Position numbers and translations under genes: made by a program. The notes under the pieces were generated by a model. It had not been told where the DNA came from. It did no database searches and saw only the letters and a program-made list of their open reading frames with translations. Positions 19,335 to 29,256 of a DNA stretch of 64,000 bases are shown here, piece after piece. The DNA comes from a virus: positions 2,107 to 66,106 of IMG/VR virus record IMGVR_UViG_3300029822_000002; one strand, 5' to 3'. The first letter of the stretch is position 1. Each line of letters opens with the position of its first letter.

Positions 19335-20012
19335 ATGATTAACAGTTTAGGAAAAGATTTCAATTTATTTAGAAAGGACATGGGTGTTAGTGCTACTGCA
19401 ATGCACCAATATGGGAAAGTTATCGGTGGTTATATTAATCCATCTATTATTGAAGAACGACAAATGAATATAGCTAGTATGGATGTATTCAGTAGATTAC
19501 TTATGGATAGAATAATATTTTTAGGTACTGGTATAGATGATACGGTTGGTAATATTATTACTGCTCAATTATTATTTTTAAATTCTATAGATCAAAACTC
19601 TGATATACAATTATATATATCTAGTGGAGGTGGATCAGTTATATCAGGTCTTTCCATATTAGACACTATGGAATTTATATCAAATGATGTTTCAACTATG
19701 GTGACAGGTATTGCAGCAAGTATGGCTTTTGTATTGGCTATATCAGGTACAAAAGGAAAAAGATCGGCTTTAAAGCATTCTAGATTTATGCAACACCAAC
19801 CCAGTATAGGCGGTGTAGGTGGAACAGCTTCTGATATATTAATAACCGCTAGAGAAATTGAAAAAACTAGAACAGAATTATATAAAATAATATCAGATAA
19901 AACAGGACAACCATATGAAAAAGTAGAAAAAGATTGTGATAGAGATTATTGGATGACCAGCCAAGAAACTATTGATTATGGCGGATTAGATCAAATAGCT
20001 ATAAATAAATAA
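19335..20012 (+). CDS. clpP: ATP-dependent Clp protease proteolytic subunit
   Basis: DVFSRLLMDRIIFLG, YISSGGGSV, GIAASMA (Ser), MQHQP (His), DRD (Asp). Confidence 0.96.
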   Translation: MINSLGKDFNLFRKDMGVSATAMHQYGKVIGGYINPSIIEERQMNIASMDVFSRLLMDRIIFLGTGIDDTVGNIITAQLLFLNSIDQNSDIQLYISSGGGSVISGLSILDTMEFISNDVSTMVTGIAASMAFVLAISGTKGKRSALKHSRFMQHQPSIGGVGGTASDILITAREIEKTRTELYKIISDKTGQPYEKVEKDCDRDYWMTSQETIDYGGLDQIAINK

Positions 20013-20024
20013 AAAAATATTTTT

Positions 20025-20056
20025 AAATACACTCTTTTTTGGGTGTATTTTTTTTA
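20025..20056 (+). terminator. Intrinsic terminator
   Basis: AAATACACTC/GGGTGTATTT stem followed by T-run. Confidence 0.7.
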
Positions 20057-20086
20057 TATATACCATAAAAAACAAATCAAAAAATT

Positions 20087-21382
20087 ATGATTTATATTTA
20101 TGGATTATACTCGAATGATAAGACTAATATTAGATATGTTGGTAAAACAAATAATTTAAATAAAAGATTAAATGAACATATAAAAGATTCAATTAAAAAC
20201 AATAAAACACACAAACAAAAATGGATTAATAAAGAGTTAAGTCAAAATAATAATATTAATATTTTATTATTAGAAAAATGTAATAATGATAATTGGATAG
20301 ATAGAGAACAATACTGGATTTCTTATTTTTCTAATTTAACAAATCATACAATAGGAGGAGAATCAGGTCATGGTTTTTTATATAATAAATCATACATAGA
20401 AGCAAAAAGAATAGTTCACCAATTAAATATTAAAAGTAAAAATGATTGGTTTAAATTTTATGATATAATTATCAAAAAACATAATATACCATATTCACCA
20501 GATACACACTTTAAATCAAAAAATGAATGGATAAGTTGGGGAGATTTTTTAGGAACAAAAAAACAACAAGATAATTTAAAATCTTTAAATTATTTATCTT
20601 ATAATAAAGCTAAAAAATGGATTAAAGATAATTTAATTAAAATTAATACAATTGAAAATTGGAAACAATCAGTAAAAGAAAATAAAATACCAGAAATAAT
20701 ACCAAATAGACCAGATAGATATTATAATAATAAAAATAGAGGTTGGATAAGTTGGGGAGATTTTTTAGGAACTGGTAGAATATCAAATAAAAATATAAAA
20801 TTTATATCTTATGATGAATCTAAAAAAATAATACAATCTAATAATATTACATGCAGACAAGAATGGATTAAAAATAAGATATTTTTAAAGAATATGAATA
20901 TTCCGTTTGATCCAAATAGAGTATATAAAAATAATGGTTGGATAAGTTGGGGAGATTTTTTTGGAACCGGAAAATTACAAGATAATTTAAAATCTTTGAA
21001 TTATTTATCTTATGATGATGCTAAAAAATGGATTAAAAATAATTTAAATATATCAAACGTTAAAAGTTGGAAAATATTAGTGAAAGAAAATAAAATACCC
21101 GAAATAATACCAAATCACCCAGAAAATTATTATAAAAAGAAAAACAGAGGTTGGTTAGGGTGGAAAGATTTTTTAGGAACAAGTAAAGATAACTGTAATA
21201 ATAAAAAATTTATATCATATAATGATGCTAAAATATTAATAAGAAAATTAAATATCAAAACATCTAGAGAATATCATAAAAATATAAAAGGAAATAATGA
21301 TTATAAATTACCAAAAAATCCATATCGATATTATAAAAGTATTAAACAATGGATTAGTTGGAATGATTTTTTATCTAAATAA
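20087..21382 (+). CDS. GIY-YIG homing endonuclease with five 'W.SW.DFLG' (phage-integrase-repeat-like) units
   Basis: IYIYGL...RYVGKT..L.KRL.EH; five W-x-x-W-x-D-F-[LF] repeats. Confidence 0.85.
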   Translation: MIYIYGLYSNDKTNIRYVGKTNNLNKRLNEHIKDSIKNNKTHKQKWINKELSQNNNINILLLEKCNNDNWIDREQYWISYFSNLTNHTIGGESGHGFLYNKSYIEAKRIVHQLNIKSKNDWFKFYDIIIKKHNIPYSPDTHFKSKNEWISWGDFLGTKKQQDNLKSLNYLSYNKAKKWIKDNLIKINTIENWKQSVKENKIPEIIPNRPDRYYNNKNRGWISWGDFLGTGRISNKNIKFISYDESKKIIQSNNITCRQEWIKNKIFLKNMNIPFDPNRVYKNNGWISWGDFFGTGKLQDNLKSLNYLSYDDAKKWIKNNLNISNVKSWKILVKENKIPEIIPNHPENYYKKKNRGWLGWKDFLGTSKDNCNNKKFISYNDAKILIRKLNIKTSREYHKNIKGNNDYKLPKNPYRYYKSIKQWISWNDFLSK

Positions 21383-21431
21383 AAAACATTTTATATTTTA
21401 ATCTATATAATTAAAAAACAATTTTTGTTTA

Positions 21432-21851
21432 ATGGTTTGTATATATGAATATGATGGATTAGATGTAAAATTTAATATTTCAAAGGGAAATATGACATTA
21501 ACACAAAATAATAATTCTCAAATATTTACAAATAATATACGATTAAAAGTAGATAATAATCATTATGTTATAAATAAATTATATGAAATATATTTAACTA
21601 TGTCCAATAATACTAAAATTAGTAATACTAAAAAACCATCAAAGTTAATAATATATGATAATACATGTATGGTTTTTTATAACGCTATTATTGAAGAAAT
21701 GACAATTGATTTTAATTCACATTCATCATATAATGATATAGACATGAATATAATATATGATTGGGCTGAAAGTATCGATTATGATTTATTGATGAGAAAA
21801 GAAAAAATTGAAAAATTATTAAATAGAATGTCTAAGTTAGAAGAGATTTAA
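21432..21851 (+). CDS. Hypothetical protein
   Basis: ORF track; RKEKIEKL tail. Confidence 0.65.
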   Translation: MVCIYEYDGLDVKFNISKGNMTLTQNNNSQIFTNNIRLKVDNNHYVINKLYEIYLTMSNNTKISNTKKPSKLIIYDNTCMVFYNAIIEEMTIDFNSHSSYNDIDMNIIYDWAESIDYDLLMRKEKIEKLLNRMSKLEEI

Positions 21852-22044
21852 AAAATCCAACTACCATTTTTAAAACATATGATAAAATAATTGCACCAAC
21901 TACAAATTTAATAATATAATCTACATATACAGGATATTCAGCAACAATACCAGGATACATACCTAAAATTAAAATTACAAATCCTAATCTTTTTAACCAT
22001 ACGTTTTCACTAAAGAATTTAGGTGTTTCTGTATTTTTATCCAT
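21832..22044 (-). CDS. Small membrane protein (2 TM)
   Basis: Hydrophobic helices; own minus-strand TATATTTG promoter at 22065-22072. Confidence 0.7.
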   Translation of the reverse strand: MDKNTETPKFFSENVWLKRLGFVILILGMYPGIVAEYPVYVDYIIKFVVGAIILSYVLKMVVGFFKSLLT

Positions 22045-22083
22045 AATGTTAGATTTTTATGGTACAAATATACAATATATTTT

Positions 22084-23814
22084 TTAAATATCCAATTTTT
22101 TAAGTCTATAATCAGCAAAAAAGTTGATAACTGGTGCTAATTCTTTACCAAATTCATCAATTAGTTTATTTCTTAATTCTTGAATTTCTTCTCTATTATC
22201 TAATTTGGAGAAAAAATTATCATAAATATGATAGTATAATGCCCAATATTTTACTTCATAATCAATAAATTCATTAATTAATGATTCTCTTATATCAAAT
22301 TTTATATATTTTTTATATCTTTTTAAATCATATTTAGAAAGACTATTTTTAACTCTTTTGTCATTTAATAACAATTCTACAATATCTTTATGTTTATAAT
22401 AATATGCCATAACTATTGCAGAATTATTTAAATCTGATGGATTAACCCCATTAAGACTTAATAATATTTTAACTATTGTATAATATCCACCTGCTGATGC
22501 ATATCTTATAGGATAGTTATCTTGATATGCAGGATTAGCACCTTCATCTAATGATTGTTTAAATAACCAAAGAATACCATATTCACATGCGTGTTGTAAT
22601 TTTTCATGTGGTGATAATTTTTCAATTGATTTTAAAATATCTTCTTTACTTTTAGGTTTTAAAAAATGTTTTATTGATTCGTTTGATTTCATTTTTCTTT
22701 CTATATCTTTAAATAAAGACTTATAACCATATTCTAATTCTATTCTAATATTTTGTTTATCAATTGGTTCTAATTTATCAACAACTCTTTTATCATTCAT
22801 CAATTGTTTAACTACACTTAAATGTTTATTTTTTAATGCATATTTTATAGCAGCATTATTATAATCTGATGGATCAACTCTTTTATCATTCATTAATACT
22901 TTAACAGCATCTAAATGACCATTTTCTGCAGCGTATGCTATTGGTAAATTATTATGAACTATTGGATTAACTCTATCATCTTTTAATAACATTTCTATAA
23001 TATCAGAATAACCATTTTGTGATGCGAATTTTATTAACATTTGATTATTTTTACCGGTATTTACACCATCTAATATAGACTGTTTAATTAAAATTGGTAT
23101 ATTGTGTCTTGTACCTTTATATAACTTTTCATCTGGTGTTAGATCTTTACATATTTCTAATATTTCATCATCGCTAAATAAGTGATTTAACTTAAATCTA
23201 AAAATTTTATCTAGTCTATCTGATGAATTTGAATTCATTATAGAATTTTTTATATCTTCTTCACTTTTAGGTTTTAAAAGATGTTTTATTGATTCATTTG
23301 TATTAAATTTATTTTGTAAATAATTATAAATTTCTGTATACCAATTTTCACTAGCGATAGTTAAAAGATGTTTAATAGATTCATCTGTTCTATTTAATTC
23401 ATAATTAACTCTGTCAGTATAAATACCTAATTGATAAGGAGTTAATGATTTTATCACTCTTTCATCTTTAAGTAATAAATCTAACATTTTCCAATTTTTA
23501 TTAGCGTATACTATTGATGCCATCGATAAATAAGTTGGATCGCACTGTTTAAATTGTAAAAGAAATCTAACTATATCGATATGATTATTATAAACAGCAC
23601 TAAAAAGTGCATTTGAATATGCAAAATCATCTAGTTCATAATTAAACTTATCATCATTTATTACATCTTTAACTATTGATAAAATGCCATATTCTGAAGC
23701 CTTTAAAAGTTTACTTCTATTATCTAATTTTTCTATTGATTTTGAAATATCTTCTTTATTTTTAGGTTTTAGAAGATGTTTTATAGATTCACTATATGGT
23801 TTTAAATATTTCAT
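22084..23814 (-). CDS. Ankyrin-repeat protein with repeated ESIKH[LF]LKPK leader modules
   Basis: Ankyrin repeats (D.RVDPS..NN.AI..A...GH...VK.LL); leader at N-terminus and three times internally. Confidence 0.85.
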   Translation of the reverse strand: MKYLKPYSESIKHLLKPKNKEDISKSIEKLDNRSKLLKASEYGILSIVKDVINDDKFNYELDDFAYSNALFSAVYNNHIDIVRFLLQFKQCDPTYLSMASIVYANKNWKMLDLLLKDERVIKSLTPYQLGIYTDRVNYELNRTDESIKHLLTIASENWYTEIYNYLQNKFNTNESIKHLLKPKSEEDIKNSIMNSNSSDRLDKIFRFKLNHLFSDDEILEICKDLTPDEKLYKGTRHNIPILIKQSILDGVNTGKNNQMLIKFASQNGYSDIIEMLLKDDRVNPIVHNNLPIAYAAENGHLDAVKVLMNDKRVDPSDYNNAAIKYALKNKHLSVVKQLMNDKRVVDKLEPIDKQNIRIELEYGYKSLFKDIERKMKSNESIKHFLKPKSKEDILKSIEKLSPHEKLQHACEYGILWLFKQSLDEGANPAYQDNYPIRYASAGGYYTIVKILLSLNGVNPSDLNNSAIVMAYYYKHKDIVELLLNDKRVKNSLSKYDLKRYKKYIKFDIRESLINEFIDYEVKYWALYYHIYDNFFSKLDNREEIQELRNKLIDEFGKELAPVINFFADYRLKKLDI

Positions 23815-24962
23815 TAAAGTGTAATTCTTTTTGTTCTCATATGAATTGGTTTTAATTCATGACTTTTTCTATATGGTTCAGTATATTTGACATCTTTAAA
23901 TTTAGATGTATTTGATATCATTATAGATAATTTCCTTTCAATCCTATCAAACATTAAATTGTATTTATCGTCACCTAATTCATTTTTAATATCATTTAAA
24001 GGTTTAAATAAATTATCTACATTTAACTTTTGTTGGTTTATTAATGTCATTAAAACGTTTATAAATGGTATTAATAAAGACGTATTCAATAACATATCAT
24101 AAATATTATTTATTACTATATCATATTTTGATGCAACAACCTTAAATATATTTTTTATAGTAGTAAACTTATTAACTAAATTATCTATATCTTTCTGATT
24201 TATATTATATTGTGATAATAATTCGAATAATTTACTAACTTTTTCTTTATTTTCCCTTGTTAATATTGATATTGATGTTATTGTCATTAACATTACTTCC
24301 TTATCAGAAAAATTAGTTAATAATTTAGATAGTTCATATAGATTTGCGACCGACAATTTATATTTTGATGCATAATATAATTTACCTACTTTATTATCTA
24401 TTCTACTATATTCCCAATTATACTTAGATATATTTAGACTTTCGTTTATATTTTCATCATCTTTTTTCGATATATAAAATGATAATTCATCATCCATTTT
24501 TAATCTATTTATAACTCTATCATCATTTAAAAGTATTTTAACAATTTTATTATGTTTATTTTGATCTGCTTTTTTTAATGCTCTATTATGTTTATCAGAT
24601 GGATCAACTCTATCATCTTTTAATAATAGTTTTACCAAATCTTCATACCCATACATTGCAGCAGATATAATAGGGCTATTTCTATCTGTAGAAGGATCAA
24701 CTGAATCAAAAGTTAATAAATATTTAACAATATCTATATTACCATGTTCACATGCTATTTCTAATGGTTCATTTCTACTAATTGATGGATCAACTCCGTC
24801 TTTTTCTATTGCTTCTTTAACAACAGACAATATACCATATGTACACCCTTTATATAATTTATCTTTAGGTGTTAATTTATTTATAGTTTTTAATATATCT
24901 TCTTCATCTTTTGGTTTTAAAAAATGTCTTATCGATTCGTTGTATGTTTTAATATGTTTCAT
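23814..24962 (-). CDS. Ankyrin-repeat protein with CTS-like leader plus unrelated C-terminal domain
   Basis: MKHIKTYNESIRHFLKPK; ankyrins; internal NINESL. Confidence 0.85.
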   Translation of the reverse strand: MKHIKTYNESIRHFLKPKDEEDILKTINKLTPKDKLYKGCTYGILSVVKEAIEKDGVDPSISRNEPLEIACEHGNIDIVKYLLTFDSVDPSTDRNSPIISAAMYGYEDLVKLLLKDDRVDPSDKHNRALKKADQNKHNKIVKILLNDDRVINRLKMDDELSFYISKKDDENINESLNISKYNWEYSRIDNKVGKLYYASKYKLSVANLYELSKLLTNFSDKEVMLMTITSISILTRENKEKVSKLFELLSQYNINQKDIDNLVNKFTTIKNIFKVVASKYDIVINNIYDMLLNTSLLIPFINVLMTLINQQKLNVDNLFKPLNDIKNELGDDKYNLMFDRIERKLSIMISNTSKFKDVKYTEPYRKSHELKPIHMRTKRITL

Positions 24963-24965
24963 ATT

Positions 24966-25331
24966 TTATAAATAAGGTTTTAAGTAATCTTCCATTTCAT
25001 TTATATACTTAAATGTATCATAATCTTCTATTTCTTTAAGATTTTCATCTAATATAATAATTGTATCTATATCATTACCCTGAATAAGAATATGGTATTG
25101 TTTATCTTCAACTTGGAAATCAAACCACTTTCCCATTTCACTTATTTCAGGAGATTTAGATTCAAACTCTTCTAATTCTTTTTCAGTAAATAAATCATAT
25201 AAATCATGTTTTTCTATATAAACATATTTTTTATAGTATGGTAAACTATAAACTATGTTTTTCATTTCATCCTTACTTTTACCTTTTAAAAGATGTATTA
25301 TCGATTCGTTATATGTTTTAATATGTTTCAT
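24966..25331 (-). CDS. Hypothetical protein with CTS-like leader
   Basis: MKHIKTYNESIIHLLKGK, near-identical to the neighbour at DNA level. Confidence 0.8.
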   Translation of the reverse strand: MKHIKTYNESIIHLLKGKSKDEMKNIVYSLPYYKKYVYIEKHDLYDLFTEKELEEFESKSPEISEMGKWFDFQVEDKQYHILIQGNDIDTIIILDENLKEIEDYDTFKYINEMEDYLKPYL

Positions 25332-25384
25332 AATTTTAGACTTTAAATATTTTAGAATATATATAAAATTTATAAAACAAAATA

Positions 25385-25416
25385 TTTGTTATTTAACTTT
25401 TTATTTCTTATCTTTG
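25385..25416 (+). promoter_or_regulatory. Bacteroidota-type promoter
   Basis: TTTG 25385-25388, 20-nt spacer, TATCTTTG 25409-25416. Confidence 0.8.
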
Positions 25417-25437
25417 TATCTAAATGCAATAAAAATT

Positions 25438-25995
25438 ATGATATATTTTATAAGTGATAACCATTGGGGGCATAAGGCAATAATATTTATGCAAAATAGA
25501 CCATTTCATGATATTATGGAAATGAATAAGTCAATGATAGAATCATGGAATTCAGTGGTTAAACCTGATGATGAAGTATATTATTTGGGAGACCTATCAT
25601 ATAAAATGAATGGTAATTTACTTTCAATGATACTTAGTAAATTGAATGGTAAAATATATCTTATTAGAGGTAATCACGACAAAGATAGAGTAATAAATAA
25701 ATGTATTAATAGATTTGAATGGATAAAAGATTATTATACATTTAATTATGAATATAATGATAAAAATTATAAATTTGTTCTTTTTCATTACCCTATATGG
25801 TCATGGGAAGGCATTTGGAGAGGTTCTATACATATATGTGGACATACTCACGATAATTCAAAACACTATTTTGAAAATCACCCAGGTAGAATATTTAATG
25901 TTTCTTGTGAAATGATAAACTATAAACCAATTTCTATTATAGACATCATAAATATTATGAAAGAAAAGGTTGTTATTCCACCACCAAAAAATTAA
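25438..25995 (+). CDS. Calcineurin-like metallophosphoesterase
   Basis: SDNHWGH, LGDL, RGNHD, FHYP, GHTH; real start ATG 25438 after the promoter. Confidence 0.9.
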   Translation: MIYFISDNHWGHKAIIFMQNRPFHDIMEMNKSMIESWNSVVKPDDEVYYLGDLSYKMNGNLLSMILSKLNGKIYLIRGNHDKDRVINKCINRFEWIKDYYTFNYEYNDKNYKFVLFHYPIWSWEGIWRGSIHICGHTHDNSKHYFENHPGRIFNVSCEMINYKPISIIDIINIMKEKVVIPPPKN

Positions 25996-26086
25996 ATGTT
26001 AAATTTTTTAAAATTGTTTTTTAATTTAGAATATTGTTATATCTTTGTATAAAATAATAAAATTATTAATATATTAATTATAAAAT

Positions 26087-27877
26087 ATGAAAAGAGATTG
26101 TATTACAATTTATGGATCACAAAGATTAATTGAATTACTTAGTAAAATTAATCATCGTATATCTAATACCATAATAGAACAATTTAGATATTATAATAGT
26201 TATCCTATATCATATCTTGATATTGGAGAATCTAATGATACTATTAGTTTTATTTATTCTAATAAGGTAAAAGAATTACAAAGGGAATACGATTACAAAT
26301 ATTCGCAAAAAGCATGGAAAGAAAAAAGATCTGAAATGAAAGTTGGTAAAGTCATTAAACTTTTATTTGGTGATTCATTTCCTGTAAATAATCCAAAAGG
26401 TAGTCCTATACCTTGCCCTCCAATAGATATTGAAACATTCGTAAATATGTTCAAAGCCGAAAGGGAAAAGAACGAAAATTACGATAGATTTGAAATTGTA
26501 TCAGGTAAAGATATTGCATTTTGGTATAATTTTAAAAATTATACTAGATTTACACATGGTGATACTCCACTTGGAAAATCTTGTTTAAGATATGATGAAT
26601 CTACTAAATTTCTAGATTTATATGTAAAAAATCCAGATAAAATAAGTATGCTTATTCTTAAAGACGACCAAAATAAATTAAGAGCTAGATCAATATTATG
26701 GAAATTAGATAACCCAGAAAGTAGAATTTATATGGATAGAATTTATTCAGTAAATGATTTTGATGTTGAAATATTTAAAGATTATGCTAGGAAAAATGGG
26801 TGGTTACATAAAGAGAGACAAACCTATGGTTGGAATAATGTAATTGTTGATACTAGAAATGATTCTTTATATACCCCTAGTAATTTTATTATGGATGTAT
26901 ATTTAAATAATAAAAAATTTAGATATTATCCATATTTGGATACATTATCTGTATATAATACAGAGACAGGTAGATTATGTAATGACGGTAGATTATTAAA
27001 AACATCACCACATATTCATTTAATTGATCCACAAGGTAGTTATATAGATGAAGTAGATCATAGACCTAGAGTTTATAGTAGATATTATGATGATGATATA
27101 CTTAGAGATGAATCAGTATATTGTCAAATAGATGATGACTGGGTATATGAATCAGATTCAGTATATGTTCATAATACTGATGGATTACGGGCTATAAAAG
27201 GATCAAATAAGATTGTTAAATCTGAAATCCTTGGTAAACGAAAATACTTTTTATCTGATAGGTGTGTCTATTCAGATTATTTAAATACTTATATTTTTGA
27301 AGATAGTGTAAGAGAAGCTTTCATTGATGATAAAAAAACTCAACGAGTAATTATTCATTTTAAAATGATCGGAAGAGGATTTAAACTAGATGATAATGGT
27401 GATATTATAGTTGATAATTCTCCACCAAAAAAAGTTGTTAAAAAAAAAGATAAAATCGAAGACTATCTTAAATTTCATCATTCTTATTATGATAGTGATC
27501 ATATCATCAGTATTAACCAATCTAGTTCTGAAAATAGGCGAATACACCCAACAGAAAGATATTCAACAGAAGAAGAAGGAGATGGATCGCACATGGATTT
27601 ACCAAGAAGAATTAGAAGATCAAGTGACACCAGATTTCCATCTTCTAGAAGATTAATGGGAGATCAAGAAGAACAAATATTACAAGGAAGACCATTATCC
27701 GAAAATATGGAAAATATAGAAATAAATGATAGAAGTGAAAGAGAACAAAACGTAGATGAAAATACATGGCAAACATTATTAGGAAATTATATGGTATGTA
27801 ATACTAATCGATGGATAAATTCAGATATGTATATTTATGGTACTGATATAAGTGAAAATGAAAATGAAAGTGAATAA
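26087..27877 (+). CDS. Uncharacterised 'SC.RY / R.L.W / MDRIY / YPYLDT' family protein, paralog 1
   Basis: Motifs shared with 54166..55626 and 55660..56850; TATCTTTG promoter at 26040-26047. Confidence 0.8.
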   Translation: MKRDCITIYGSQRLIELLSKINHRISNTIIEQFRYYNSYPISYLDIGESNDTISFIYSNKVKELQREYDYKYSQKAWKEKRSEMKVGKVIKLLFGDSFPVNNPKGSPIPCPPIDIETFVNMFKAEREKNENYDRFEIVSGKDIAFWYNFKNYTRFTHGDTPLGKSCLRYDESTKFLDLYVKNPDKISMLILKDDQNKLRARSILWKLDNPESRIYMDRIYSVNDFDVEIFKDYARKNGWLHKERQTYGWNNVIVDTRNDSLYTPSNFIMDVYLNNKKFRYYPYLDTLSVYNTETGRLCNDGRLLKTSPHIHLIDPQGSYIDEVDHRPRVYSRYYDDDILRDESVYCQIDDDWVYESDSVYVHNTDGLRAIKGSNKIVKSEILGKRKYFLSDRCVYSDYLNTYIFEDSVREAFIDDKKTQRVIIHFKMIGRGFKLDDNGDIIVDNSPPKKVVKKKDKIEDYLKFHHSYYDSDHIISINQSSSENRRIHPTERYSTEEEGDGSHMDLPRRIRRSSDTRFPSSRRLMGDQEEQILQGRPLSENMENIEINDRSEREQNVDENTWQTLLGNYMVCNTNRWINSDMYIYGTDISENENESE

Positions 27878-27992
27878 AGTAATATAATAATTATATTAAA
27901 TAATTTAAAAAATTAAAAAAAATTAAACATTTTAAGAAATTATTACTATAATAGTTTCTTAAAATGTTTAATCAAAAAATTACTTCTTTTTT

Positions 27993-28853
27993 ATGAAAAA
28001 AAATAACAATTTGTCTATTGAATTTGAAAAAATAACAGGTCAAAAATTTGAGTCATTTTACCACAAACACAAACCAAAATTAGTATGGTATTTAACAAGA
28101 TATACAAGAGATCAAGATATAGCTGAAGATTTTGCAGATGACGCATTTACACAAGCATTATTAAAAATAAATAATTATAATAATGAAAAGTCACAAGTCC
28201 ATACATGGTTATATAAAATAGCTGAAAATTTAGTAAAAAAAGATTTTAAAGATAAAAAAAGAATGTCTGTTGTATCTTTAGATAAAGATTATAATGATAA
28301 TAATCTTAATTTAATTAATATTATTCCTAATTTAGATACAGATGATAGTTATAATATTGAAATGGATAAATCAATTATTAAAAAGGCTGAAATAGTAAGA
28401 GATACAATATTTAATCTACCCGATAAATATAAAAAGGTTATGATTATGAGGGAGATAGAAAATAGACCATATTTAGAAATAGCAGAAATGTGCACAAAAG
28501 AAATGGTAATAAATATCAATAAAAAAGATAAAATTGATTTACCAAATGCATCAGAGTTTTTAGATATAAAAATTAAAAATAATGGAACAGAATATTGTTA
28601 TGTGAATTTTGAATATAATGATACGGATTGTTTACAAATGGAAGTAAAACCAGGAAAAACATTTATTTTTAATAAAAATGAACTAAAAAATATTAAAAAT
28701 GTACAAATAGATAATAATAGTCAAATAGATTGTTTATACAGAACATATACAAATTTATCAACAATAAAATCGCAAATAAGTAAAGGTCGATCATTAATAC
28801 AATCAATGGTTAAAAGAAAATTTAAATATATTGATGATAATGGTATAGAATAA
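27993..28853 (+). CDS. ECF-type RNA polymerase sigma factor with ~85-aa insertion in sigma-4
   Basis: sigma-2 (AEDFADDAFTQA..KI..Y.....V.TWLYKIA.N); sigma-4 split as LPDKYKKV..MRE.....YLEIAEM [insert] NLSTIKSQISKGR. Confidence 0.85.
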   Translation: MKKNNNLSIEFEKITGQKFESFYHKHKPKLVWYLTRYTRDQDIAEDFADDAFTQALLKINNYNNEKSQVHTWLYKIAENLVKKDFKDKKRMSVVSLDKDYNDNNLNLINIIPNLDTDDSYNIEMDKSIIKKAEIVRDTIFNLPDKYKKVMIMREIENRPYLEIAEMCTKEMVININKKDKIDLPNASEFLDIKIKNNGTEYCYVNFEYNDTDCLQMEVKPGKTFIFNKNELKNIKNVQIDNNSQIDCLYRTYTNLSTIKSQISKGRSLIQSMVKRKFKYIDDNGIE

Positions 28854-28861
28854 TTGATAAT

Positions 28862-28884
28862 AAACCGGATAATATCCGGTTTTA
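28862..28884 (+). terminator. Intrinsic terminator
   Basis: AAACCGGAT-AAT-ATCCGGTTTT. Confidence 0.75.
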
Positions 28885-29256
28885 TATTTTAAAATATAAA
28901 CAAAAATTATAAATATTATTTTTTATTTTTATAGAAAATAATATTGAAAATATTAATATAAACTACATTTTTCAATTTTTTAATATTTAAATTTAATATA
29001 TACAAATTTTTTATTAAAATAAAATAAAAAATTTATTCATTATTTATTTTTAATTAAAATAAATAATTAAAAATCAAAAAATTAAATTAAATAAAATGAT
29101 ATTTATCGATATTGTATTAAAGTTCTGATTATTATGTATTTATATATTGGGTATTGGAATCATCTATAAAAAATATATAATTTATAATTTATAATTAAAA
29201 CCGATATAATAAAATTATAATAATATTTATTATATCTAGAAAAAATAATTTTTATA

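Noticed and set aside
25255-25437. N-terminal extension of the phosphoesterase
   Set aside because: Overlaps the antisense gene and contains the promoter; real start is ATG 25438
28490-28770. Intein in the sigma factor
   Set aside because: About 85 aa is too short and it lacks Hint motifs and a His-Asn-[Cys/Ser/Thr] junction
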